Source: Sedimentisphaerales bacterium
GTDB taxonomy: Bacteria; Planctomycetota; Phycisphaerae; Sedimentisphaerales; SM23-30
Direction: 5' to 3'
DNA: 64,000 bases
NCBI GenBank assembly: GCA_963663965.2
Contig: CAXXFK010000033.1
Span: forward strand, 128,001 to 192,000
Made by a program: the position numbers and the translations under genes. Shown one piece after another: positions 1-13,565 of the stretch. Position 1 is the stretch's first letter. Each line of letters opens with the position of its first letter. The notes beneath the pieces were generated by a model that had not been told where the DNA came from, did not search any database, and saw only the letters and a program-made list of their open reading frames with translations.

Positions 1-1394
<1,394 letters not shown>

Positions 1395-1827
1395 TCAATA
1401 ATAGAATTATATGAGTTAATCATTGATTGATTCCAAAGGATGGCGAATATCAAAGCTACTCTTATATCATTGCTCAAGCGGGATTTCCAAAAAAAAGTCA
1501 CTAATTGAAAATTATTCAACGAGTAAACCCGGACCCAAGCAGGCATTCGCTGTGTTAATAGTCAGTTGATCTGGTCCGGCCAGTTTTTATGCGAAGATAC
1601 TCCGTAGTCGCCAAAAAGGTTTTAAGTGAAGGGATTTATAACACGATGAGTGGTATAAGACTCAATTTCAAAATGATTGATTAATAAGGCGCATTTGAAA
1701 ATAAGGAGCTTTTGAAAGCAATACAGATGAAATTGGAGGAAAAGTAATTATTACTTTTCAGATTGATTTCTACTACCCGCTGGTTCGCGAATTCGGGGTG
1801 TTAACCAGCAGTGTGCAAGGATAACCG

Positions 1828-4800
1828 TTGATGTTTAGTAGAAAAAAGATTGATAATGCCCAGAAGGCCATGAGAGTTGGCTCAATCTGGCCCCACATCT
1901 TTATTTTTATAGCATTATTGGGGATTTCCTGGACTGGGGGAACATGGTATTCTTATCATGCATTAATCAACCAATCCCAAACCGATCTTGGTTCTATCGG
2001 AAACCGTTTAATTGAGTCATGCCGAGCTAACGCACAATCGGGGAATCTGGCGGGAATTCAGGATCTGTTCGAAACCTATTGCGCCCTGGATGACCGGATT
2101 GAAATAGCCCTATACGACGCGAACGATAGTCGACTTGTCTCTGCCGGGAATTCCGGGGCAATGGCCCTGGATGAAACAGGGAGTCATCAGCAGAAAGTTT
2201 TTTGGTCTTCACCATTGAATCTTGTTTTAGCCGGTGAAGAGAGGCCGAAAGAAACCCAGGGCCGTTTGGAATTGTTACGGATCGTCGAATGGCCCGATTG
2301 GGCCGGGTCCTACTCGCCGATCACCATCTGGGGCATATTGGCCGTGGCCGGCATCGCGGGTTTGGTGGGTTTTATTTACCGTCGCAGCCGGATGGTATGG
2401 CAATTGGAAAATTTAACCCGGTTGGCTGAGCGAATAGCCGCCGGCGATTATCTCTATTCCACCGGTGAGCTTGATACCAGAGGGGAAGTGACCCGATTGA
2501 AACGAGCCCTGGAATCGGTGCAAACGCATTTTCGGAACCAGGTTACTGTTTTATCGGAAACCATTGAGGCTTTGCAAAAGGATCTAAAGGATCGCACTAC
2601 TGAATTGACGATGTCGAATAAGCGGTTGCAGAGTGAGATCAATGAACGTAAGGTTCGTGAACAGGACATTCAGGAAAGCGAGGAAAAATTCCGGACGCTT
2701 TACGAATCATCGTCGGATGGAGTTATTCTGATCAATGACAGCGGACTGTTTGACTGTAATGACAGCGCCATGCGTTTATTAGGATGCGACAGCCGCAGTA
2801 TGCTCCTGGGTAAAACCTTGTTACAGCTCTCTCCAAAACATCAGGCAGATCGTGACCTATCTGAGGTGGTTTTGGCGGAATTGTTTCAACAGACGGATCA
2901 GAACGGCTCCAGTCGATTCGAATGGCAAATGACTCCTTCCAATCGCAGTCAGCCGATTGATGTTGAAATATCGATGAATAAGGTTGATCTGCGTGGGAAG
3001 CCGGTTTATCAGGCGATATTGCGTGATATCTCAGAACGAAAAAGATACGAAAACGATTTGTGTGAAGCCCGTGAGCAGGCTGATACCGCCAATGAAGCGA
3101 AAAGCGAGTTCCTGGCCAAGATGAGTCATGAAATTCGTACTCCGATGAATGGCATTATCGGGATGGTCCGTTTATTGCAAAACACCAAACTGGACAGCCG
3201 TCAGGTTCGTTATGCCAATATCATTGATACTTCGGCTCAATCCCTTTTGAATCTGATCAATGATGTGCTGGATTTTTCCAAAATCGAAGCGGGTCGATTA
3301 ACCTTGACCGAGGCTAATGTCAATGTCATACAGGTAGTCGAACGGTGTATCGAATTATTCGCGCCACGCATTGCCGAGAAGAGACTGGAATTGATCAATC
3401 ATATCGAAGCGGAAGTGCCGTTGCAGCTAATCGGCGATCCAGACCGTTTGCGACAGATCCTGATTAACCTGATCGGGAATGCCGTGAAGTTTACCGATCA
3501 GGGTGAGATTTTTGTGGGAGTATCCCTGCAGTCCAGCAGCAACACAGAGACTGAATTAAAGTTCGAGGTCCGGGATACCGGCATCGGGATAGAAGCCGCC
3601 AAAGTGGAGAACCTGTTTAAGCTTTTTGGGCAGGCCGACTCGTCGCTGACCCGGCGATATGGCGGGGCTGGGCTGGGACTGGCCATCTCACGCCATCTGG
3701 TCCAGATGATGAAAGGAGAAATTCATGTCGAGAGCGAACCCGGCAAAGGCTCGGTATTCTGGTTTACCGTCCGTTTAAAAAACAAAAATGAATCCGGCAA
3801 GGTCAGTTTTACCCGGAACCGGACATTAACCCAATCTCTGCATGAGTTGCATATCCTTGTCGTCGATGATAACGACACCGTTCGCCGTACCATGAAACAG
3901 CAACTGGAGAGTTGGGGTTGCCATGTCAGTCTGGCTGAAGACGGGTTCGAGGCGCTGGAGAAGGTGGAACACGCGAAGCATATCGATGTGGCTTTACTGG
4001 ATTTATATCTTCCGGGCCTGGACGGGCTGGAACTGGCCCGGCGTTTCAAGCATGATCCAAAATCGCAAAAAATGATTTTGATTCTGATGTCCGGCCTGGA
4101 AGATCCGGGGATGTTGCATGGGATCGAAGAAATCGGATTTCATTTATGTCTGAATAAACCGGTTTTACAATCGGCGATGTTCAATGCCCTGTTGAAGCTG
4201 ATCGATCAGTCCCAGGAGTTGAATGTGTCAGTGCGGGAAGATCATCGTTCCGTGGAGGCTCAGTTTCAGGGGCCCAGTCGGCCGGTTCATATCCTGATGG
4301 CTGAGGACAATGAAATCAATCAGGAGGTGGCTTTGGAAGTGCTTACCACTGCCGGGCATACCTGCGATGTGGTATCGAATGGTCGCCAGGCGGTTGAAGC
4401 GGCCCAGACCGGGATTTATGATTTGATCCTGATGGACTGTTCCATGCCGGAGATGGATGGTTTTGAAGCGACCGCGCGAATTCGGGAACTGGAAGCCCGG
4501 GATGAGTTGGCGGACCGGCGTTACGATCGTATTCCGATCGTGGCACTGACCGCCAACGCGATAAAAGGGGATCGGGAAAAATGTCTGGAAGCCGGTATGG
4601 ATGACTACATCAGCAAACCATTCGATCCGCTTGAGCTGCTGGAGACGATCAAGGCGATTGCCATGAAATTACCCGTTACCAATCAAACGACCGATCTGGA
4701 CCGTGAGCCCGTAAAGGCAAATGTTCGATCCGGGGTGGCCGTGAAACCCTTTGTGTCAATACCGGACATGCCAACCCAGGTCAATGGCGCTCCGATCGAT

Positions 4801-5166
4801 TTTGCCGACGCCCTGGCTCGTTGTATGGGAAACAAGGCGTTTTTTGAAAAGATCATGAACAAATTTATGGACCGGATCCAGATCGATCTGATTCAGATCC
4901 AGCAGGTGATCGATCAGAAAAATGCCACACAGTTAACTTCTATCGCCCATGCTCTGAAGGGGGCCGCCGGCAATTTATCGGCCGGCGGTTTACGGCAACT
5001 GGCCTGGGAATTGGAACTGGCCGGGCGCGACGGTGACTTTGACCGGGTGGACGGGATCGTCCATTCATTACAACTTGAAGTCCATAAATGCCTGGACTAT
5101 TCGAAAAATGTTCCTGAATTTTTACAAGCCATTCCGGATAAAACAAAGCATGAAATCAGGTTTTAA
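1828..5166 (+). CDS. Membrane hybrid sensor histidine kinase (HAMP-PAS-HisKA-HATPase-REC-REC-HPt)
   Basis: Two TM segments, [16 protein letters not shown]-box, [16 protein letters not shown], two receiver domains, HPt motif [11 protein letters not shown]. Confidence 0.95.
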   Translation: MMFSRKKIDNAQKAMRVGSIWPHIFIFIALLGISWTGGTWYSYHALINQSQTDLGSIGNRLIESCRANAQSGNLAGIQDLFETYCALDDRIEIALYDANDSRLVSAGNSGAMALDETGSHQQKVFWSSPLNLVLAGEERPKETQGRLELLRIVEWPDWAGSYSPITIWGILAVAGIAGLVGFIYRRSRMVWQLENLTRLAERIAAGDYLYSTGELDTRGEVTRLKRALESVQTHFRNQVTVLSETIEALQKDLKDRTTELTMSNKRLQSEINERKVREQDIQESEEKFRTLYESSSDGVILINDSGLFDCNDSAMRLLGCDSRSMLLGKTLLQLSPKHQADRDLSEVVLAELFQQTDQNGSSRFEWQMTPSNRSQPIDVEISMNKVDLRGKPVYQAILRDISERKRYENDLCEAREQADTANEAKSEFLAKMSHEIRTPMNGIIGMVRLLQNTKLDSRQVRYANIIDTSAQSLLNLINDVLDFSKIEAGRLTLTEANVNVIQVVERCIELFAPRIAEKRLELINHIEAEVPLQLIGDPDRLRQILINLIGNAVKFTDQGEIFVGVSLQSSSNTETELKFEVRDTGIGIEAAKVENLFKLFGQADSSLTRRYGGAGLGLAISRHLVQMMKGEIHVESEPGKGSVFWFTVRLKNKNESGKVSFTRNRTLTQSLHELHILVVDDNDTVRRTMKQQLESWGCHVSLAEDGFEALEKVEHAKHIDVALLDLYLPGLDGLELARRFKHDPKSQKMILILMSGLEDPGMLHGIEEIGFHLCLNKPVLQSAMFNALLKLIDQSQELNVSVREDHRSVEAQFQGPSRPVHILMAEDNEINQEVALEVLTTAGHTCDVVSNGRQAVEAAQTGIYDLILMDCSMPEMDGFEATARIRELEARDELADRRYDRIPIVALTANAIKGDREKCLEAGMDDYISKPFDPLELLETIKAIAMKLPVTNQTTDLDREPVKANVRSGVAVKPFVSIPDMPTQVNGAPIDFADALARCMGNKAFFEKIMNKFMDRIQIDLIQIQQVIDQKNATQLTSIAHALKGAAGNLSAGGLRQLAWELELAGRDGDFDRVDGIVHSLQLEVHKCLDYSKNVPEFLQAIPDKTKHEIRF

Positions 5167-8100
5167 AAACTTAAAGCTGCAACATAAAATTATGATGATT
5201 GTCGTGACGACCTGTATGATCGCCATGATTTTATCCAGTTTGCTTTATTACATCTACGATTATTATAATCTGCGTACCAAGCTGGCCGATGACTTGATCA
5301 GCCAGGCAATGATCATCGGCGAAAATTGCAAAGCCTCGATGGCATTTGGCGACAAACTCGATGCCGCGGATACCCTCCGGTCCCTTCAGGTGAATCCTTC
5401 GATCATCTATGCCTCGGTTCACACCCAGTTTGGCGAAGAACTGGCGGATTACATCCGTAAGGGTGAATCTGAGCAGGTGCATCCTTATTTGAACGGGGAG
5501 GATGCCTGCTGGTTTGAAGACAATGGCATCAAAGTGGTTCGTACCGTGATCAGTGACAATGAAATCGCCGGTTATGTCTACCTGGTTTCTGACTTGAATC
5601 AGTTATCGGTTTTGATCCGTCGCAATCTGACGGTTGTCATTATCATGTCCGTGATCGCTTTGATCACCGCGCTGCTGGTTTCCAATCAGATGCAGCGGAT
5701 AATTTCCGGTCCTATTTTAAAACTGGCCCGCGTGGCGAATGAAGTGTCCCAGTTCGGCAGTTATGAAATGGAGCCGATTATCACTGGCGAAGATGAAATC
5801 GGTATTCTGGTAAAAGCTTTTGGGAATATGCTGAACGAAGTTCGAGATCGGGAACAATCGATCAAGGACAGCGAAGAGCAATTTCGCACCCTGTTTGAAT
5901 CATCACAGGATGCGATTATATTGATTGATGGCGATAAGATTATCGGATGTAACGAAAGTGCGGTACAGCAATTTCACATGCGTTCAAAAGAATTGTTTAT
6001 CGGCCGGAGTCTGCTCGAATATATTTTGCCCACACAACCGGACGGACAGAACAGTGAGTCGGCGTTGCAGGAATACCTGCAGATGGCCCGCCACAAGGGC
6101 GGATGCCGATTCGAATGGGAATTTCGAGACAAACATAATCGGACCTTCTATGCCGACGTATTTCTGACGAATATGACATTCAATAAACGTCATATCATGC
6201 AGGCGGTCATCCGTGACATGACATTGCGCAAACAGCATGAAGAAGAGTTAAAACAGGCACGGGAAGACGCCGATCAGGCCAATTCCGCCAAGAGTGATTT
6301 TCTGGCCCGGATGAGTCATGAGATTCGTACCCCCATGAATGGCGTGGTGGGTATGCTGGAATTATTGAATCAAACCAGACTCGATTCCAAGCAGCATCAT
6401 TATGTCAGGGTGGCCCAGACTTCGGCCAGTTCACTGTTGACTTTAATCAACGATATCCTGGATTTCTCCAAGATTGAGGCCGGCAAACTCGAACTCGATC
6501 CGATCGATTTTTCGCTGGATGAGTTAATGAGCAGAGTGACTGATGTTTTCGGGCACCGTGTCGCCAATAAAGGCCTGGAGTTGATTACCTACATCGATCC
6601 GGGCGTTCCCTGGGTATTTCATGGCGATCCGGATCGGATCCGGCAGAATCTGATCAATTTAATCGGCAATGCGGTCAAGTTTACCGAACAAGGCGAAATT
6701 GTTATTGAAGTGTCACTAGCCGATAAAGATGAACGGGGCAGTCTGGTCTGTTTCAAGGTGAAGGATACGGGGATCGGAATCCCGGCGGAAAGGCTGAAAT
6801 CACTTTTTTCGGTATTCAGCCAGGCGGATACGTCAACGACCCGGAAATATGGCGGGACCGGTCTGGGACTGGCAATCACCAAATCATTGTCGGAAATCAT
6901 GGGCGGCCAGGTTGGTGTTGAAAGTCAGGAAGGTCAGGGTTCGACATTCTGGTTTACCGTTCGTCTGGGCAAACCGGTCAAGCCCGTGAAAACATCCGGA
7001 CTGCAATTGATGCGTTCCCTCCATAATATCCGGGTATTGGTTGTGGAGGACAATGCCGCCAACCGGGAGATTTTAAAGAAACAGATCGAAGGGTGGAAAT
7101 GTCAGGTCCATGTCGCCTGTGACGGCGTGGATGCGCTTAACAAGATCCAGGCATCCCTGCAGGAAAGCCATCCCTATGACATCATCATCAGCGATATGCA
7201 AATGCCCCATATGGATGGTGTCGAACTGGCCAGAGCCGTGCAGGCTGATTCCGCTATGGGCAAGCCGGCGATGGTCCTGTTAAGCAGTCTTGACAGCCAC
7301 TATCAACCGGAAGATTATCAAAAGGCCGGATTTCAGGCGGTATTGACCAAACCGGTCATGCAATCAGAATTATACAATATTTTCATCCGGATTCTCAGTG
7401 GCGAGCGGATTATAAATCAGAAAAAACAGGCCGGTGAATCAGATAAAATCCAACAGTCAAGACAGATTCAAGCCACCATTCTGATGGCGGAAGATAACGA
7501 GATCAATCAGGAGGTTGCCCGGGAAATCATTGAACAGGCCGGGCACCAGCTGGATATTGCCGAAAATGGAAAAATTGCCGTCGAATTGTTGCAATCCCGA
7601 CGATATCATCTGGTCCTGATGGATTGTTCCATGCCGGAAATGGATGGTTTTGCCGCGACTGGGGTCATCCGCAGTCAGGAAGGTAGAGGCCATCTGACCG
7701 CCAGCGGTCTGAAGCGGATACCGATCATTGCCCTGACCGCCAATGCCATCAAAGGTGACCGGGAGAAATGTCTCGAATCGGGTATGGATGACTATCTTAC
7801 CAAGCCGTTTAATCCAAGCGAGTTACTTACCGTCATCAATCAATATGCCCTGAAGAGCCAGGCTTACGGTTTACAGATTGAAGGGCAGCCGGACAAAGTT
7901 GTAACGAGCGAAGAAGGTGATTGGGAAAATTCTGTGTCCGATAAACCAGCGGTTTTTGGAATTGTGGGCAAGCCAGAGGCCGACCCTGACATAACCCAGC
8001 CAATAACCGATGAAAAACTGCCGGCGGAAATCGCCAGAACGGAGAACACAATGAGCGAAAATCAAGTCACGACAAACGCGACCTCTGCTGATTCCATGCC

Positions 8101-8458
8101 AATAGATTTTGATGATTTTTATCAGCGCTGTATGAAAAATCCGGCATTTTTCGAAAAAATGTTGAATAAATTCGCCGAGCGGGCTCAAACCGACCTGCAA
8201 AAGATTAAAGAGGCCGCCGAACAGCAGAATCACGAGCAATTGACATTGCTGTCTCATGCCTTGAAAGGCGCTGCAGGCAATTTATCAGCCAAGCCGCTTC
8301 AGCAAGTAGCGGCAGAATTGGAAGCCATGAGTAAAAACGGCGAACTGGAAAATCTGGCCCAGCAAATTGATGCGCTTCAAGTGGAAATTAATCGCTGCCT
8401 GGGATCCATCAGTGAAGGAAAAGATTATGTTAAGAACCTTCAGGAGACGTCCGATTAA
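5150..8458 (+). CDS. Membrane hybrid sensor histidine kinase (CHASE8-like sensor-HAMP-PAS-HisKA-HATPase-REC-REC-HPt)
   Basis: Likely start is ATG 5150 ([13 protein letters not shown]), overlapping the end of the upstream gene. Motifs [21 protein letters not shown], two REC domains, [11 protein letters not shown]. Confidence 0.95.
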   Translation: MKSGFKNLKLQHKIMMIVVTTCMIAMILSSLLYYIYDYYNLRTKLADDLISQAMIIGENCKASMAFGDKLDAADTLRSLQVNPSIIYASVHTQFGEELADYIRKGESEQVHPYLNGEDACWFEDNGIKVVRTVISDNEIAGYVYLVSDLNQLSVLIRRNLTVVIIMSVIALITALLVSNQMQRIISGPILKLARVANEVSQFGSYEMEPIITGEDEIGILVKAFGNMLNEVRDREQSIKDSEEQFRTLFESSQDAIILIDGDKIIGCNESAVQQFHMRSKELFIGRSLLEYILPTQPDGQNSESALQEYLQMARHKGGCRFEWEFRDKHNRTFYADVFLTNMTFNKRHIMQAVIRDMTLRKQHEEELKQAREDADQANSAKSDFLARMSHEIRTPMNGVVGMLELLNQTRLDSKQHHYVRVAQTSASSLLTLINDILDFSKIEAGKLELDPIDFSLDELMSRVTDVFGHRVANKGLELITYIDPGVPWVFHGDPDRIRQNLINLIGNAVKFTEQGEIVIEVSLADKDERGSLVCFKVKDTGIGIPAERLKSLFSVFSQADTSTTRKYGGTGLGLAITKSLSEIMGGQVGVESQEGQGSTFWFTVRLGKPVKPVKTSGLQLMRSLHNIRVLVVEDNAANREILKKQIEGWKCQVHVACDGVDALNKIQASLQESHPYDIIISDMQMPHMDGVELARAVQADSAMGKPAMVLLSSLDSHYQPEDYQKAGFQAVLTKPVMQSELYNIFIRILSGERIINQKKQAGESDKIQQSRQIQATILMAEDNEINQEVAREIIEQAGHQLDIAENGKIAVELLQSRRYHLVLMDCSMPEMDGFAATGVIRSQEGRGHLTASGLKRIPIIALTANAIKGDREKCLESGMDDYLTKPFNPSELLTVINQYALKSQAYGLQIEGQPDKVVTSEEGDWENSVSDKPAVFGIVGKPEADPDITQPITDEKLPAEIARTENTMSENQVTTNATSADSMPIDFDDFYQRCMKNPAFFEKMLNKFAERAQTDLQKIKEAAEQQNHEQLTLLSHALKGAAGNLSAKPLQQVAAELEAMSKNGELENLAQQIDALQVEINRCLGSISEGKDYVKNLQETSD

Positions 8459-8507
8459 ATAAATAATGCCTTAATCGAGAAATGTAATTGTGTTGGGGAT
8501 GGAGCCA

Positions 8508-9530
8508 ATGATGAAGATATTAATTGTTGACGACGATGAAATGGCATTGAGCATGCTAGAAAACGTGCTTCAGGAAGCCGGCTATAATGTTTTGCTGGCC
8601 CAGAATGGCAAAGAAGCGTTGGAGATTTTACGCCGCGATCAATGCCGGATGGTCATATCAGACTGGGAAATGCCTGAGATGAATGGTTTGGAATTATGTA
8701 AAACCATCCGCGATAACGATACAGCAGGCTATACCTATATTATTTTACTGACCAGTCATAATGATGAAGAAGCGGTGGTGGCCGGCATGACTGCCGGGGC
8801 GGATGATTTTATCGTTAAGCCCTTCAAACCCTCGGAGTTAACCGTGCGAATCCGGGCGGGTGAACGGGTGTTGAATCTGGAAACACGTGACATTGCCATT
8901 CTGGCCATGGCGAAACTGGCTGAATCGCGTGACCCTGAAACCGGCGCTCATCTGGAAAGGGTACAAAATTATTGCCGGGTGCTGGCCAGGCAGTTATATG
9001 AAATGGGGAAATTTTCCGATGAACTGAATCCTGAATTTATCCGATTGATTTATTCCACCAGTCCATTGCACGATATCGGGAAAGTTGGGATTCCTGATAC
9101 TGTTTTGCTGAAGCCGGGGCGTTTATCCGATCGTGAATTTGAAATCATGAAAACCCATACTCAATTAGGCGCCCGTACTCTGGAAGCCGCTTTGGATAAG
9201 TTCCCTCATGCCAGATTTCTTCAAATGGCTCGCGACATCGCCTTGAGTCATCATGAATGGTATAATGGTCATGGCTATCCTAAAAAACTCGCCGGGAATA
9301 ACATTCCATTAAGCGGGCGTATTGTCACCATTGCGGATGTCTACGACGCCCTGACTTCCAAACGGGTTTATAAAGACGCGTTTGATCACGAAGTCGCCCG
9401 CGCGATCATTATGGAAGAATCCGGAACCCATTTTGATCCGGTTATCATTGAAGCGTTCGATCTGGTCATTGATCAGTTTGTCAGCATTCGGAATCAGTAT
9501 CAGGACGCTGAAGCTGAGATTGTGTTTTAA
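8508..9530 (+). CDS. Response regulator with HD-GYP (c-di-GMP phosphodiesterase, RpfG-like) domain
   Basis: N-terminal REC (ILIVDDD..SDWEMP..KP); RDPETGAH, HDIGKVGIPD, HHEWYNGHGYP, ADVYDAL. Start chosen from the GGAG RBS. Confidence 0.95.
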   Translation: MMKILIVDDDEMALSMLENVLQEAGYNVLLAQNGKEALEILRRDQCRMVISDWEMPEMNGLELCKTIRDNDTAGYTYIILLTSHNDEEAVVAGMTAGADDFIVKPFKPSELTVRIRAGERVLNLETRDIAILAMAKLAESRDPETGAHLERVQNYCRVLARQLYEMGKFSDELNPEFIRLIYSTSPLHDIGKVGIPDTVLLKPGRLSDREFEIMKTHTQLGARTLEAALDKFPHARFLQMARDIALSHHEWYNGHGYPKKLAGNNIPLSGRIVTIADVYDALTSKRVYKDAFDHEVARAIIMEESGTHFDPVIIEAFDLVIDQFVSIRNQYQDAEAEIVF

Positions 9531-9651
9531 TACGCCTCATGCCTATAATCCCGGACTATTGATCAGGGTATTGATCACCTGTTTTCAAGATTTTTCGTAC
9601 GAATTCCGTTTAAATTCGGATGCGGCGCGGGTATTCGGGTTATTCTATTAT

Positions 9652-11244
9652 TTACACCGGACAGGTTACTTCGTTTTTTAGCAGAAGTATTTCAGGAATT
9701 ATCAGCAGGAATCGGCTGCCACGGCCAGGTTGACTCTGGAAATCAATATGTCCCTGGAGAGACCGGACCAAATGATTGGTGACAGCGAGTCCCAGACCGT
9801 GAGAATGCGAGCCGGTTTTTGTCGCGTTTGGATGAGGCCGCCGGTTCAATAGCAGGGCGTAATGCTCTGCAGGAATGCCAATGCCGGAATCGATAATCGC
9901 GAATTGAACGGCCGGTTGATTCTGGTACGACGCAGCAGAAACCTCGATATGAACGTATCCATCCTGAGTGAATTTAATCGCATTGTCGATCAGATTAATC
10001 AGGCACTGTTTCAGGCGGATCGGATCGGTATGAATGGATTCTGGCAGGTTACCCGAACAGTTGATCTGGTATTGTAATCCTTTTCGTGAAGCCAGCGATC
10101 GGGTAGATAAATCAATATTGGCGATCAGGTCGGCCAACGGATATTCCCGGATCGATAACTCATATTGCCCGGTTTCCAATCGGGTATAATTGGAGAGATT
10201 ATCCAGTAAGTCAACGAGTTCATGGCAGGAATGATTAATAATAGACAGATATTCACAGAGCCGCTCCTCGGCGATTTCATCTTGCAGCAAACAACTGAAT
10301 CCTGCAATGGTATTGACGGGATGACGTATTTCCTGGCTGATATCGGCCAGGAAATTGCTTTTAAACTGATTGGAGATATTTGCCTGGATAGCCAGGCGCC
10401 GGCTCTCTTCGATCATCATTTGCAGATCACGGTTTTTCAGTTCAATTTCTTTCTGGCTTTGAGCGATCCGTATTTCATTCTGTCGTTGACGTGATATATC
10501 CTGCATGACCAGAATCGCGCCAATACAGGATTTTTCTTTTGATTGAATGGGAGACACCGTTCCGGAGACGGGAATCATTTTGCCATCCCGGCGTCTCAGT
10601 ACCGCCGTATCGGGCAATTTCATGATTTTACTTTTATGAATACATTGTATGATTGTCTGCGTACAGGATTCGCCGGTGGAATCATTATAAATATCGACCT
10701 GATGCGTAATGGGGTGATCGGTGTAATAACCGGTATCCAATCCCAGCATTTGCTGCGCTACCGGATTGATCAATTGAATCTGTCCCTGACAATCCGTTAC
10801 GATCATGCCATCCCCGATACTGTGCAGTGTGGTGGTCAGCCAGTAGCTGAATTTTCTGAGTTCCTGTTGAGTCCGGTGATGTTGAAGTGAAAGCTCGATT
10901 GTTGTTCGTAATTCTACGTTATTGGGCGGCTTGATCAGGTAGCCGAAAGGCTGGGTTTTTTGCATGCGATCAATCGTGTCGTCGTCCGATAAGGCAGTCA
11001 GGTATACCACAGGAATATCCAGTTCGGAACGAATATGCTGAGCCGTGTCGATGCCGTCATGCCGTCCATTCAACTGGATATCCATTAGGATAATATCGGG
11101 CTGGCATTGACGGGCTTGCTGAATGGCTTCTGAGCCGTTTAAGGCAATGGAACAATTAGGGTATCCCATCTCATTCAAACGTCCACGGACATCTTCTGCA
11201 GCAGAGACCTCGTCTTCGACCACCAGAACTCGAATGTTGTTCAT
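9652..11244 (-). CDS. REC-PAS-HisKA-HATPase protein lacking the phosphoacceptor His (pseudokinase candidate)
   Basis: VLVVEDE/DIILMDI REC, a PAS domain, FLADISQEIRHP (His replaced by Gln), NLIDNAIKFT, DSGIGI, GLGL. GGAGGA RBS before MNNIRVL. Confidence 0.85.
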   Translation of the reverse strand: MNNIRVLVVEDEVSAAEDVRGRLNEMGYPNCSIALNGSEAIQQARQCQPDIILMDIQLNGRHDGIDTAQHIRSELDIPVVYLTALSDDDTIDRMQKTQPFGYLIKPPNNVELRTTIELSLQHHRTQQELRKFSYWLTTTLHSIGDGMIVTDCQGQIQLINPVAQQMLGLDTGYYTDHPITHQVDIYNDSTGESCTQTIIQCIHKSKIMKLPDTAVLRRRDGKMIPVSGTVSPIQSKEKSCIGAILVMQDISRQRQNEIRIAQSQKEIELKNRDLQMMIEESRRLAIQANISNQFKSNFLADISQEIRHPVNTIAGFSCLLQDEIAEERLCEYLSIINHSCHELVDLLDNLSNYTRLETGQYELSIREYPLADLIANIDLSTRSLASRKGLQYQINCSGNLPESIHTDPIRLKQCLINLIDNAIKFTQDGYVHIEVSAASYQNQPAVQFAIIDSGIGIPAEHYALLLNRRPHPNATKTGSHSHGLGLAVTNHLVRSLQGHIDFQSQPGRGSRFLLIIPEILLLKNEVTCPV

Positions 11245-11799
11245 CAATCCTCCACATATTATCAGGCTTTGATATCGGTTCTCAGCCGTAATTTCAATGA
11301 TTACCCGTTTCAGGTGGCGTGACAATCCTGAGGATTTTCCTGATTACGAATACGGTAAAAGTATCTTATATATCGCTATAAACGATTATGGATATGAGGG
11401 AAATCTCCCTTATTTCCTGTTATCGCAATCACAATATAAGGCAAGGGCGATGTTTGACTGTTATTGAAATTTATGTTTATCTCTGCCAGATACTTACAAA
11501 TTCGAGTTAATGTATTTAAGGCGTTTGATAAAACTAAAAAACAGAGTTGAAAAGTCTGGCCTGGACGTTAAAAGAATTATCTGGACGTTATTGCGGCAAT
11601 CTACCTCTTCCAGGTAAATGTGAATGATAGCATCAATGCCCTGGCACGGAAATTGGGGTGGGGAATAACCATCTGGATTTACCGTCTAAAGAGCTGACAG
11701 AGATAAATAAAAACGGCTGAACGAGCCGAAAAAAATAAAAAACAAAAAAAAGATTTTCTGCCGCCCCCATTTGTCGGCAAGCCTAAACTATCCCTGGGA

Positions 11800-12258
11800 T
11801 TAGTTCAGCATGGTTTGATTCCAATGCATCCAGTAATTATGAACATCCTTCAGGATGCTATTAAACTTTTCGAAACTGGCCGGTTTGATCAAATAACTAT
11901 TGGCATAGTTATCATAGGCGCTTTGGATATCATTTCGGTTGGTCGAGGTGCTCAAAATGACCACAGGAATCAGGCGGTAATGCGGAGTTTGTTTAAGACG
12001 TTTTAAGATTTCAAGACCATCTATTCGCGGCAGTCTCAAATCCAGGAGAATCAGGCCGATTTGATGATGTACACTTTGATCGTCATGGTTATATTCATTA
12101 AATAAAAACTGTACCGCCTTTTCTCCATCATTCAGCAGTTGAATCTTCTCCTGGCTCTCCTGACTGCTAAGTCCCCGTATGATCAATTCGGCATGACCTG
12201 GATCGTCTTCGATGACCAGGATGGTTCGGCGCTTATTCAAGTTAGTCATGGTGGACAT
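11800..12258 (-). CDS. Single-domain response regulator (Rcp1/CheY-like)
   Basis: ILVIEDD, LILLDLRLP, IPVVILSTS, ANSYLIKP; GGAG RBS before ATG 12258. Confidence 0.92.
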   Translation of the reverse strand: MSTMTNLNKRRTILVIEDDPGHAELIIRGLSSQESQEKIQLLNDGEKAVQFLFNEYNHDDQSVHHQIGLILLDLRLPRIDGLEILKRLKQTPHYRLIPVVILSTSTNRNDIQSAYDNYANSYLIKPASFEKFNSILKDVHNYWMHWNQTMLN

Positions 12259-12270
12259 AGCGTTCTCCAA

Positions 12271-12747
12271 TCAATGTGGTCCAGTCGATTCATTTCGAGT
12301 CATATTGCCTATCCAGTCGCAATAAAAACCTAAATCGTCAAGAAGCTCAGCAAATTTGTCATAATGGATCGGTTTAACCAGATAATTATTGGCTTGGTGA
12401 TGGTAAGCTTTGGCAATGTCCTTATCCGATTCAGAGGTTGTTAGAATGACAATAGGAATATTTTTCAGGTCGTTATTTGTTTTTATTTGCTCCAGTACTT
12501 CCAAGCCATCAATTTTGGGCAGCCGGAGATCAAGAAGAATAATTTCTGGTCGAACCACACTATTATTATCGGAATACTGTTTTCGTTTAAGTAAATAATC
12601 CAGCGCTTCTTCGCCATCCTTAACATGTTTAACCGAGGTTTTGACTTTGTGATTTGACAAACCATGTAAAATAAGCTCGGCATGACCAGGATCATCTTCA
12701 ACCAGAAGAACCTGAATACTATTCTTTGAGTGATCTTTGATACTCAT
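12271..12747 (-). CDS. Single-domain response regulator (Rcp1/CheY-like)
   Basis: VLLVEDD, IILLDLRLP, IPIVILTTS, ANNYLVKP; paralog of the downstream gene. Confidence 0.92.
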   Translation of the reverse strand: MSIKDHSKNSIQVLLVEDDPGHAELILHGLSNHKVKTSVKHVKDGEEALDYLLKRKQYSDNNSVVRPEIILLDLRLPKIDGLEVLEQIKTNNDLKNIPIVILTTSESDKDIAKAYHHQANNYLVKPIHYDKFAELLDDLGFYCDWIGNMTRNESTGPH

Positions 12748-13115
12748 TACAAAATATCCCTATCCATTATTAGGTATTATTTTTATCGGCAGAATCCAGA
12801 TCAGTCAAATTAAAAACATATAACTGATAATAAATAATAATAGGGAGATATGATAAATAGTTTGGTTGGATTTTATTAAATACCGCCAGTTGAATTCGTT
12901 GATTGTTATGATTCCGTAAAGGAAAGTATAATTATAACTCTATAAACTGTAGTGACATAGGTTATGTGATAGAAATGGGGTTGCAGGCAAATTCCGATGA
13001 TGTTAATAAGAGCAATCGAATAAAAATATTTATTAATCGGTGCCGTACGAGAATCCAGATATATAAATAAATGCAGAGGTAGGCCCATAAACTTAGCGAA
13101 ATTTCTTCAGTTTTA

Positions 13116-13388
13116 TCAGGTTGCCCGGAAAAAGCGAGAATGGGTTCCACCCGGACCAATCAATATCCGAACGGGACTTAAACAATGTGGGCATCGTCCT
13201 TCATAGGCATTGCCCGCTCTATTGCGATAGACATGTTGATAAACGCCACAGCATTCAAACAGGACACTGATATATTTTCGATTATGTGCTTTTCGCGCCG
13301 AAATCTGGAGTTCCCGGATTTCCTGGGGATTATTCTCCTGAGGATTCACAAAAGACAGATCAAGGATATAGTCAGGGTCATCTAACAT
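13116..13388 (-). CDS. Small Cys-rich (probable zinc-binding) hypothetical protein
   Basis: FECCGVY...YEGRCPHC...IGPGGT..RFFRA pattern with four Cys. Confidence 0.65.
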   Translation of the reverse strand: MLDDPDYILDLSFVNPQENNPQEIRELQISARKAHNRKYISVLFECCGVYQHVYRNRAGNAYEGRCPHCLSPVRILIGPGGTHSRFFRAT

Positions 13389-13565
13389 AACTTATTATAT
13401 AACAATGGATTATTAATTTGTTTATGTTTGGGGATAAATTGTCTGTAAAAAAACTCACCAAACAAACAACGGCAGGACGAAAATGTATATAACTCATTAT
13501 AATGTAATGAACTATAAAACTATCGTCCAAATTTATCAAAAACCATAAAAACAGACAGGAATGCC

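Noticed and set aside
11561..11590. 10-bp direct repeat CTGGACGTTA at 20-bp spacing
   Set aside because: Could be a regulator site, but there are only two copies and no supporting context
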